Assembly: GCA_963791285.1 (NCBI GenBank)
Contig: CAWBSC010000023.1
Coordinates: 399,767 to 463,766 of the forward strand
DNA from: an uncultured delta proteobacterium
GTDB lineage: Bacteria; Desulfobacterota; Desulfobacteria; Desulfobacterales; SpSt-501
Length of the DNA stretch: 64,000 bases
Reading direction: 5' to 3'
The position numbers were made by a program, and so were the translations under genes. The notes under the pieces are model-generated. The model worked only from the letters and a program-made list of their open reading frames with translations, had not been told where the DNA came from and searched no databases. Positions 45,006 to 53,681 of the stretch are shown in pieces. Positions within the stretch are counted from its first letter, which is position 1. Each line of letters opens with the position of its first letter.

Positions 45006-46241
45006 CTACGCGGGTGATGTCGTGCGGAGCCGGCTGGCCAGGAAAGAACCGAGCAGAACGAGCACGCCCGTGACGACCAGCCCCCCGGCGAACGACCACA
45101 CGTCGCCGGCGAACCCGATGAGGGTGGGCACGACGCCGGCCCCGATGATGAAGGCCGCCGGGGTGGTCAGAGCGACCGCCAGGTTGCGGGCGTTTGGGGG
45201 TACGGACAGGCCGATGGCCGAGAACCCGGCCGGAAAGAAGCAGACCGAGAGCGCCGGCTGGATGCAGACCGGGACGATGAGCCAGGGCATGGGCAGAACG
45301 GCCAGGGCGATCGTCAGGCACCCGTTCAGCAGCAGGACGGTCGTCATGGTGCGCTGCGGGCCGAAGCGGTCGCTGAACCACCCGCTCACGAAAGCAACCG
45401 CGACGCCGGGAATCCGCGAGAGGGCCAGGATGGTGTTGGCCTGCTCACGCCCCAGCCCGTGGCCGTCCACCAGAACGATCGGCAGCACGGCGTAGATCCC
45501 CAGGCTGGCGCCGATCCCGAGACCGAACACCAGCATCAGGATCCAGTAGGCGCGCCCCGCGAGGATCGTCCGCACGGCCCGGAAGTCGGGCGCCTCGCCC
45601 CGGAACTCGCCGGAGCGCCCCCACACCGCGAAGGCGGCCGCCGCCGCCCAGGCCGCAACCCCGAAGGCGCCGATGGCGGCGGTCCAGGGCAGTACCGCCA
45701 GCAGCGCCTCGCACAGGAACGGGGCCAGCACGAAGGCCAGATTGGGGGCCGCTTCGTGGATGGCGATGCCCTTGCCCCAGTGCCGCGTCGGCAGGAAGTC
45801 CATGATGGCCGCCATGGCCGACGGCAGGTAGAGGCCGGCCGCCAGCCCGGCCGCGATCAACCCCAGGCGGACGGTCCAGAGATGGGACCCGGCGGCGGTG
45901 AACAGCAGGGCGGCGCCCAGACCCGTCATGGACAGGATGATCGTCCACCGGTGCGTCAGGCGCGAGGAGACCAGGCCCGAGCCGAGCAGGGCCACGCAGT
46001 ACCCGGCCGAGAGAATGAAAAAAAGGAACCCCGACTGCGCGTGGGAAATGTGCAGGTCGCGCTCGATGGCGGGCAGCAGCGGGGCCAGCGCGATCCGGCC
46101 CACGAAGTTGACGAAGAAGACGACGCTCAGCAGGCAGAGCGGGCCCAGGCGGGTGCGGAACGGATCGTTGCCGGTCGACGGACGGGGCATCATCGACATC
46201 GGTGCACGCTCATACCCGTCGACGCAGTCCGGAGTCGACAC
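45006..46241 (-). CDS. MFS transporter
   Basis: 411-aa ORF with about 12 hydrophobic segments. Motif: FFVNFVGRIALAPLLPAIERDL. Confidence 0.85.
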   Translation of the reverse strand: MSTPDCVDGYERAPMSMMPRPSTGNDPFRTRLGPLCLLSVVFFVNFVGRIALAPLLPAIERDLHISHAQSGFLFFILSAGYCVALLGSGLVSSRLTHRWTIILSMTGLGAALLFTAAGSHLWTVRLGLIAAGLAAGLYLPSAMAAIMDFLPTRHWGKGIAIHEAAPNLAFVLAPFLCEALLAVLPWTAAIGAFGVAAWAAAAAFAVWGRSGEFRGEAPDFRAVRTILAGRAYWILMLVFGLGIGASLGIYAVLPIVLVDGHGLGREQANTILALSRIPGVAVAFVSGWFSDRFGPQRTMTTVLLLNGCLTIALAVLPMPWLIVPVCIQPALSVCFFPAGFSAIGLSVPPNARNLAVALTTPAAFIIGAGVVPTLIGFAGDVWSFAGGLVVTGVLVLLGSFLASRLRTTSPA

Positions 46242-46383
46242 GCGTGGCCTCTGCGTCGGCAGCCCTCTCGATTCCGGCTCATGATTGAAAAACGGCGCCG
46301 CAGACCGCCTGCCGGCGACGGAGGGATCGGCCTGCGAGCCGGCAGGAAAAGGAAACCCGGGTCATGATCCTATGCGCCGTTTT

Positions 46384-47970
46384 TCAAAGCTCGAAGGCCA
46401 TGACGTCGATGATGAGCGGCAGGCTGCGCAGTTCCTGCATGACCTCGTCCGGGATGAGAGAGTCCGTCCGGAAGTAGATCATGGTCTTGTCGCCGTCCTC
46501 CTGCTGCCCCACACGCATCTGGCTGATGTTGATCCGCTTGTTGCCGAGCAGGGTCCCGATGCTGCCGATCGCCCCCGGGCGGTCATGGTTGTGGATCAGC
46601 ACGAAGCGCCCGTAGGGGGGCAGCTCGAGGCGGAAGTTCTCGATCTTGACCAGGCGCGGGTACTTGCGGCCGAAGATGGTCCCGGCCACGCTGTGCGCGG
46701 TCCCGTTGGCCACGGCCCGCACGGTCACGAGGTTGATGTACTCGTCCGAGGGCGCCCGCGTCTCGGAGACCTTGATCCCGCGCTCGCCGGCCATGACCTT
46801 GGCGTTCACGAAGTTGACCGTGTCCTGCACCATGGGCGTGAGGAAGCCTTTCAGCAGCGCGGTGCTCACCGGTGAGAGGTCCTGCTCCGGGAACTCCCCG
46901 GCGTACTCGATGGCGATCTCGCGCGCCGGCCCGCGGCAGAGCTGGGCCAGCAGGCACCCCATGCGCTCGACCAGCGTGAGCAGCGGCCCGATCTTGCCGA
47001 GCAGCTCTCCGCTCACGGCCGGAACGTTCACGGCGTTGATGATGGTGCCCGTCTTCAGGAAGGCCAGGATCTGCTCGGAGATCTGGACCGCCACGTTCGT
47101 CTGGGCCTCGAGCGTCGAGGCGCCCAGGTGCGGGGTGCACACGACCCGCTCGAGCTCGAAGAGCGGCAGCGCCCCGGGCGGCTCGGTTTCGAACACGTCC
47201 AGCGCGGCGCCCGCGACCTTGCCCGAACGCAGCGCCGCGTTGAGGTCGGCCTCGTTCACGATCCCGCCCCGGGCGCAGTTGATGATCATGACGCCGTCCT
47301 TCATCTTCGCGAAGGCGTCCCGGTTCAACAGGCCGGCCGTGTCCTTGAGCTTGGGGACGTGCACGGTGATGTAGTCGGAGCGCCGGTAGAGCTCGTCCAG
47401 CGCGACGGCCTCGTAGCCGGCTTTTTCCACCGCCTCGGCCGTGACGAAGGGGTCGTGCACGATGACCTGCATCTTCAGCCCCCGGGCGCGGTCGGCGACG
47501 ATTGAGCCGATCTTGCCGAAACCGATCAACCCGAGCACCTTGTTGAACACCTCCCTGCCCTGCAGCTTCTTCTTCTCCCAGACGCCCGCCTTCATCGTCG
47601 CGGTCGCCCAGGGGATGTTGCGGCTGAGGGCCATCAGCATCGCGATCGTGTGCTCGGCGGTCGTGACCACGTTGCCGCCGGGGGTGTTCATCACGATGAT
47701 GCCGCGACGAGTCGCGGCCGGGATATCGACATTGTCCAGCCCGATGCCCGCGCGCCCGACCACCTTCAGCCGGGACGCCGCCTCCATCAGGCTCTCCGTC
47801 ACCTTCGTGGCGCTGCGGATGATCAGCGCATCGTAATCGCCGATGATCGCCCTGAGTTCGTCGGGCTTCAGACCGCTGCGAACGTCCACCTGGATGTCCG
47901 CCTCCCGACGCAGGATCTCGAGGCCGACCTCTTCGAGGTTGTCGCTGACCAACACCTTGAACATGCGCAA
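46384..47970 (-). CDS. serA: D-3-phosphoglycerate dehydrogenase (long form with ACT domain)
   Basis: 528-aa ORF. LGLIGFGKIGSIVA NAD fold, the PHLGAST motif, and a C-terminal ACT region. Confidence 0.95.
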   Translation of the reverse strand: MRMFKVLVSDNLEEVGLEILRREADIQVDVRSGLKPDELRAIIGDYDALIIRSATKVTESLMEAASRLKVVGRAGIGLDNVDIPAATRRGIIVMNTPGGNVVTTAEHTIAMLMALSRNIPWATATMKAGVWEKKKLQGREVFNKVLGLIGFGKIGSIVADRARGLKMQVIVHDPFVTAEAVEKAGYEAVALDELYRRSDYITVHVPKLKDTAGLLNRDAFAKMKDGVMIINCARGGIVNEADLNAALRSGKVAGAALDVFETEPPGALPLFELERVVCTPHLGASTLEAQTNVAVQISEQILAFLKTGTIINAVNVPAVSGELLGKIGPLLTLVERMGCLLAQLCRGPAREIAIEYAGEFPEQDLSPVSTALLKGFLTPMVQDTVNFVNAKVMAGERGIKVSETRAPSDEYINLVTVRAVANGTAHSVAGTIFGRKYPRLVKIENFRLELPPYGRFVLIHNHDRPGAIGSIGTLLGNKRINISQMRVGQQEDGDKTMIYFRTDSLIPDEVMQELRSLPLIIDVMAFEL

Positions 47971-47990
47971 GACTCCCTTCTGGATGAATG

Positions 47991-48263
47991 TTACCCCTCA
48001 GGCGGTTTCGAGCGCTCCGCCAGCCCGACGAGACAGGCCGTCTTCGGCATGGGGCGTGCGATCAGCAACCGCTCGAAGGCCTGCTCCGGCAGGTGGTCCT
48101 TTAAAAACCGCACCACGTCGAAGATTTCCCACCAGCAGTCGATCACCTTGAAACACGGGCCGGAGTTCTCGCCGGTCAGGCAGTAGCGGAAGGTCACCGG
48201 ACCGCCCAGCCGCGGGCATCGCCGGCATAACGGATGCGCGCGTTCGTTTTCAGGCTCCGACAT
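47991..48263 (-). CDS. Small Cys-rich hypothetical protein between trpB2 and serA
   Basis: 90-aa ORF (MSEPENERAHPLCRRCPRLGGPVTFRYCLTGENSGPCFKVIDCWW...), tightly packed in the operon. No family recognised. Confidence 0.45.
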   Translation of the reverse strand: MSEPENERAHPLCRRCPRLGGPVTFRYCLTGENSGPCFKVIDCWWEIFDVVRFLKDHLPEQAFERLLIARPMPKTACLVGLAERSKPPEG

Positions 48264-48294
48264 CCCTACTCCCTCCGACCGGATAACGCGCCCA

Positions 48295-49676
48295 TCAGCG
48301 GCTCTTCAGGGCCTGAGGCTTCGGGTATTTCGCCAGGAGCCGCACGGCCTCGTCGATCTCGTGCGCCGGGTACTCGATGTCCGTCAGACCGCCGGCCAGG
48401 TATTTCGCGTAGGACCCGAGGTCGATCAGCCCGTGGCCGCTCCAGTTGAAGAGGATGACCTTTTCGCGCCCTTCCTCCTTGGCCTTGCGCGCCTCGTCAA
48501 CCACGCAGGCGATGGCGTGGTTGGTCTCGGGCGCCGGGATGACCCCCTCGGTGCGGGCGGCGAGCATGCCGGCTTCGAAGGTGGCCATCTGACCGTAGGC
48601 CCGCGGCTCGGCCAGGCCCTCGGCGACGATCTGGCTCACGGTGGGCGCCATGCCGTGGTAGCGCAGGCCGCCGGCGTGGATCGGCGGCGGCACGAAGGTG
48701 TGGCCCAGGCGTGTGCATGGGCAGCAGCGGCGTGTAGCCGGCCGTGTCGCCGTGATCGTAGACGAACGGGCCCTTGGTCAGGGTGGGGCAGGCGGCCGGC
48801 TCGACCGGCAGGATCGACACCTGACGCCGTTGATCTTGTCGAGCACGAAGGGGAAGGCGATCCCGGCGAAGTTGCTCCCGCCGCCGGCGCAGCCGATGAC
48901 GACATCCGGGTACTCCGCCGATCTTCTCCATCTGCTTCTTGGCCTCCAGGCCGATGATGGTCTGGTGCAGCATCACGTGGTTGAGCACGCTGCCGAGCGA
49001 GTAGCGCGTCTTGCCGGAGGTGTCGCTGACGGCCGCCTCGATGGCCTCGCTGATGGCGATGCCCGAGGCTGCCGGGGGTGTCGGGGTGCTGCGCCAGGAT
49101 GTCGCGGCCGGCCTTGGTCTCGTTGCTGGGGCTGGGCACGCACTCGGCCCCCCAGGTCTGCATCATGAGTCTTGCGGAAGGGCTTCTGGTCGAAGCTGAT
49201 GCGCACCATGTACACCTTGCACTCGAGGCCGAACTGAGCGCAGGCGAAGGCCAGCGCGCTGCCCCACTGGCCGGCGCCGGTCTCGGTGGTCAGCCGCTTG
49301 ATGCCGAACACCTTGTTGTAATAGGCCTGCGGGATGGCCGTGTTGGGCTTGTGGCTGCCCGGCGGGCTGACGCCCTCGTACTTGTAGTAGATACGTGCCG
49401 GCGTCTTCGAGCGCCGCTTCGAGCGACCGGGCGCGGCACGAGCGGGCTCGGGCGCCAGATCGTGTAGAGCCTGCAGCACCTCCTCCGGGATGTCGATCCA
49501 GCGCTGGGTGCTGACCTCCTGCTCGATCAGGTTCATCGGGAACACGGGGGCCAGTTGTCCGGGCTGATGGGCTTGCCGTCCGGGCCGAGGGGCGGGTTCA
49601 TTTTGATGTCGGCCAGAATGTTGTACCACTGGCGCGGCATCTCGTCTTCGCTCAGAAAGACCTTCTTCGTTTCCAC
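48295..49676 (-). pseudogene. trpB: Tryptophan synthase beta chain, TrpB2 type, interrupted by at least eight single-nt indels
   Basis: GTG 49676 with AGGAGG upstream. The TrpB2-like sequence is recoverable only by hopping among all three frames: VETKKVFLSEDEMPRQWYNI / GQLAPVFPMNLIEQEVS / LYTIWRPSPLV / TPARIYYKYEGVSPPGSHKPNTA...[14 protein letters not shown] / [16 protein letters not shown] / [13 protein letters not shown]...[18 protein letters not shown] / [18 protein letters not shown] / [17 protein letters not shown] / [16 protein letters not shown]... Confidence 0.85.
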
Positions 49677-49806
49677 GGGTATGCCCTCCTGGTTGCATCG
49701 GGACCGGACGGTGCGCGGCAAGCATGTGACGCCTGGAGCCGCCCGCGGTTCGCCTCGGATCCGGAATTTGTGCCACGCTTATAGCACATCGAAAATCGGC
49801 AAGTAA

Positions 49807-49820
49807 AATGGTAAACCATT
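49807..49820. promoter_or_regulatory. Perfect 6-2-6 palindrome, candidate TetR operator
   Basis: AATGGT-AA-ACCATT lies in the trpB2/tetR divergent intergenic region, about 165 nt upstream of the TetR start. Confidence 0.35.
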
Positions 49821-49985
49821 CATCGACGAGCGGTCGACCCACGCTGGCGCCGGGGCCGTCATCGGCCTGGATGCCCTGGCGTGGGCACCCGGGTTTTCTG
49901 TGGACATTTCGACGCAAATCGGGGTAAGTTTTTTACTTCAGCGCGATAGGCCCGAGGGGCAGGACCGAAGGAGGAAGCACCACCC

Positions 49986-50603
49986 ATGGTTCAGAAACGC
50001 AGAAGCACCGCCATCCGCAAGCAGCAGATCATCGACGCCGCCCGCAAGCTGATCATCCGCAAGGGCAGCGAGCACCTCACCGTCAGGGCGCTGGCCAAGG
50101 AAGTCGGCCTGACCGAGGCCGCCATCTACCGCCACTTCAAGAGCAAGCGCGAAATCCTCTCCTTCCTGATGACCCACATCATGGACGGCATGCTGTTGGA
50201 GATGGAACGGACCGTGAGCAACGGCCTGGAATCCCTCGACACGGTCGGGCACGCCCTGCGCCAGCACCTCTCGGAGATCGAGCAGCGCAAGGGCATGTCC
50301 TTCCAGATCATTGCCGAAATCATCAGCCTGGGGGACAAGCGCCTGAATCGCGAGGTCTACGAAAAGCTCCAGATCTACATCAGCCAGCTGGAGCATCTGC
50401 TTTCGCAGGGCTCCCGCAGCGGCCACGTCCGCGACGACCTCGACCTGCAGGCCTGTGCCACCCTGCTCTTCGGGATGATCCAGGGGCTGGTCAACATCTG
50501 GGCGCTGGCGGGCTACAACTTCGACCTCGCCACCAAGTACGAATCCATGTGGAGCATCTTCCAACTGGCCATCCGCAAGCCCGCCGGCGAGCAGACGGGC
50601 TGA
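49986..50603 (+). CDS. TetR/AcrR-family transcriptional regulator
   Basis: 205-aa ORF. The N-terminal HTH (IIDAARKLIIRKGSEHLTVRALAKEVGLTEAAIYRHFKSK) is typical of TetR. Confidence 0.9.
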   Translation: MVQKRRSTAIRKQQIIDAARKLIIRKGSEHLTVRALAKEVGLTEAAIYRHFKSKREILSFLMTHIMDGMLLEMERTVSNGLESLDTVGHALRQHLSEIEQRKGMSFQIIAEIISLGDKRLNREVYEKLQIYISQLEHLLSQGSRSGHVRDDLDLQACATLLFGMIQGLVNIWALAGYNFDLATKYESMWSIFQLAIRKPAGEQTG

Positions 50604-50660
50604 TCGGCCGCGCGCTTCAGCCCCACACCCGCCATCACGCTCCCCACATCATCCTCGGGA

Positions 50661-50837
50661 TCAATAGCGCCGCCGTGCCCCGTGCGCGCGGCGCGACGGG
50701 TCGCGCGCCTCCTCGAGCGTCACGAGCCCCCGGGCGGCCAGCAGGGGGATCTGCCGCAGAAAGACTTCGGCCGTCGCGACGGCATCCCCGAGCGCGGTGT
50801 GGCACCCGATGACGATGACGCCCAACCGCTCCGCCTC
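50661..50837 (-). pseudogene. 3'-terminal remnant of a DEDDh (DnaQ/epsilon-like) 3'-5' exonuclease gene
   Basis: The minus-frame translation EAERLGVIVIGCHTALGDAVATAEVFLRQIPLLAARGLVTLEEA... carries the Exo III H-x4-D motif. The frame is closed by a TGA at 50838-50840, exactly where GC collapses. No start codon and no Exo I/II region. Confidence 0.5.
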
Positions 50838-51029
50838 TCAAAGCCGGTCAACCCAACTAACCCTCCAATTGCCGATACGATTCCAACCATTTGGATTTTA
50901 TCGTATTTGCCTTACCGATATTGTTGCAGCTTGACCGTGGTGAAGTTTTGCAGAAATCCCTTTTACCAGTACCACATTGTAGTGATAATCATTATATGCT
51001 TGACAGTTGAAAATATGAAAATATTTTTG

Positions 51030-51059
51030 TTGACAAACTATAAATAGGTTTTTTATAAT
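51030..51059 (+). promoter_or_regulatory. Near-consensus sigma70-type promoter inside an AT-rich islet
   Basis: TTGACA (51030-35), an 18-nt spacer, then TATAAT (51054-59). A second TTGACA sits at 51000-05. It lies about 520 nt upstream of the acs start. Confidence 0.5.
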
Positions 51060-51577
51060 TTAGCACAATATAAATCAAATTTAGTTTCTTTAATTTTGTT
51101 CACGAATCGCACTCTCAGTCCCTCTTTTTTTCCGGCAATTTGGGTACCGGCGGAGAAGCCGGCGAAGGAAGCCCTGTGATGGTTTACACCGCCTCTCCTG
51201 CGCAGCGTGTAAGACACCGGCCCCTCCCCAGCGGGTCAGAAGCCTCTACTTCGAATTCCCGAAGAGTATCACCGTGCGGTCCTCAACTTCCCCCTGTTCT
51301 GTCCGAAGGCTTTGGCTGGTAGTGGCGCAAGAGCAAACGAGGCGCGTAGTGCAAGTGTTGGTGTGAAACCCTTTCGACTCGTCACGATTCTTTACCTCAC
51401 AATTGGCGGATAGTGACTTGCGGATGAAACGGCCCCGTGCAGCATCCGCATCACTCCTGCATTTCCATGGGACAGGTGGGCGTTGTGCGCGCACGTACTC
51501 CTTCACGGGTACGCGTGGGGCACCAGGCAGGAGCTTTTCAAAACCAACAACAGGGGGTTTAACGAAGGAGGACAAAG

Positions 51578-53612
51578 ATGGCAGGCAAAGAGCTAACCGG
51601 GTCTTCGGAAGCTGAAATTGCGGTACACTGGGGGGAAGAAGGGCTGATTTACCCAACGCCTGATTTTATCTCCCAAGCCAACATGACCGACCCATCCATC
51701 TACAAGCGGTTCAGCCTGGAGGATTTTCCCAACTGTTTCAAAGAGTACGCTGACATGCTCGACTGGTACGAGTATTGGCACACCATGCTGGACACCAGCG
51801 ACGCTCCCTGCTGGAAGTGGTTTGTGGGGGGCAAGATCAACGCATCTTACAACTGCATCGACCGGCACCTGGCGAAGAACAAGAACAAAGCCGCCATTCA
51901 CTTTGTCCCCGAGCCCATGGGCGAGAAGTACGAGCACATCACCTACCAGGAGCTCTACAAGCGGGTGAACGAGTTTGCGGCATTGCTGCGCGACTTCGCC
52001 AAGCTTAAAAGGGGCGATCGCGTCACACTGCACATGCCGATGGTACCTGAACTGCCGATCACCATGCTGGCCTGCGCCCGACTCGGGGTGATTCACTCCC
52101 AAGTATTCGGAGGCTTTTCGGGACGCGCCTGCGCCGACCGCATCGTGGACTCGCAGAGCCGGGTGCTGATCACGATGGATGCCTACTGGCGCAACGGCAC
52201 CCTGGGCGACCACAAGCAGAACGCGGATATTGCCTGCGACCTGGCAGCCAAAGACGGCCAGAAGGTGGACACCGTGCTGGTGTGGCAGCGCTACCCCGGC
52301 AAGGCCTCCAGTCCTGCGCCCATGGTCAAGGGCCGCGACCACTTCGTAAATGATATCCTCAAGGACTTCTACGGCGCGATCGTCGAGCCGGAAAAGATGC
52401 CGGCCGAAGCACCGCTCTTCCTGATGTACACCAGCGGCACCACCGGCAAGCCCAAGGGCTGCCAGCACAGTACGGGCGGCTACCTGGCCTACACGGCCGG
52501 CACCTCCAAGTACGTGCAGGACATCCACCCCGAGGACGTCTACTGGTGCATGGCCGACATCGGCTGGATCACCGGGCATTCCTACATCGTCTACGGTCCT
52601 CTCGCGATCGGCGCCTCCACCGTCGTGTACGAAGGCGTACCCACCTTCCCGGATGCCGGCCGGGCCTGGCGGATCGCCCAGGACCTGGACGTGAACATCT
52701 TCCACACGGCGCCGACCACCATCCGGGCGCTGCGCAAGCTCGGGCCGGAAGAGCCGGCCAAGTACAACTTCAACTTCAAACACATGACCACCGTGGGCGA
52801 ACCGATCGAACCGGAGGTCTGGCGCTGGTACTACGAACGTTGTCGGAAAGGGTAAGGCCGCCATCGTGGACACCTGGTGGCAGACCGAAACCGGCGGCTT
52901 CCTGTGCAGCACCCTCCCCGCGATGAAACCCATGAAACCGGGCAGCGCCGGACCGGGGATGCCGGGCATCCATCCCATCATCTACGATGAGAACGGGAAC
53001 GTCATCCCGCCGGGGGCCGGCCGCGCCGGGAACATCTGCATCCAGAACCCCTGGCCGGGCGGGTTCCAGACCATCTGGGGCGATCGCGACCGCTTCGTGA
53101 GCACCTACTACGCGCGCTACTGCAAGAACCCCAAGAGCAAGGACTGGCGCGACTGGCCTTACATGACGGGCGATGCCGCGGTCGAGGCGCCGGACGGCTA
53201 TTACCGTATCCTGGGACGCGTGGACGACGTGATCAACGTGTCCGGGCACCGCCTGGGGACCAAGGAAATCGAGTCCGCGGCCCTGGCGGTGGAGGAGGTG
53301 GCCGAGGCGGCGGTAGTGCCGGTGGCGCACGAGATCAAGGGCCGCGAGCCGGATCTCTACATCGCGCTCAAGCCGGGGTTCTCCTCAAGCCCCGAGTTGG
53401 AGAAGAAGATCTCCGACGCCATCATCCGCGAGATCGGCAAAATCGCCAAGCCGCGCAGGGTCTGGATCGTGAAAGACATGCCCAAGACACGCTCCGGGAA
53501 GATCATGCGTCGGGTGTTGGCCGCCATTTCCAACAAGCGGGACGTGGGAGACGTCACCACCCTAGCCAACCCCGAGATCGTCGAGGACATCCAGAAAATG
53601 GCCGCCAAATAG
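51578..53612 (+). pseudogene. acs: AMP-forming acetyl-CoA synthetase with one +1 frameshift (likely sequencing error)
   Basis: ORF 51578..52855 (…YTSGTTGKPKG…WRWYYER) continues in ORF 52866..53612 (VGKGKAAIVDTWWQTETGG…PKTRSGKIMRR). The shift is near 52838-52842 (CGTTGTC versus expected CGTGTC). Confidence 0.9.
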
Positions 53613-53681
53613 GGCGTCGCCCATGGGCGCCCTTCCGCTTACAGCCACGCGCCATTCGCGCGTGGCGAAAGGAGAGAGGGT

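Noticed and set aside
41652-45381. 839-aa and 639-aa minus-strand ORFs over the Hdr-like genes
   Set aside because: They are antisense shadows of the Fe-S/flavoprotein genes. They are rich in R/G/P/A runs and have no recognisable domains.
49769-49788. Sigma54-like promoter (TGCCAC-n5-TAGCA)
   Set aside because: It lacks the invariant GG of the -24 element and the TTGC of the -12 element.
52835-52845. Programmed +1 frameshift in acs (and similarly in prpE)
   Set aside because: I see no slippery heptamer or stimulatory structure. The same kind of single-base insertion also hits unrelated genes, including essential gpsA.
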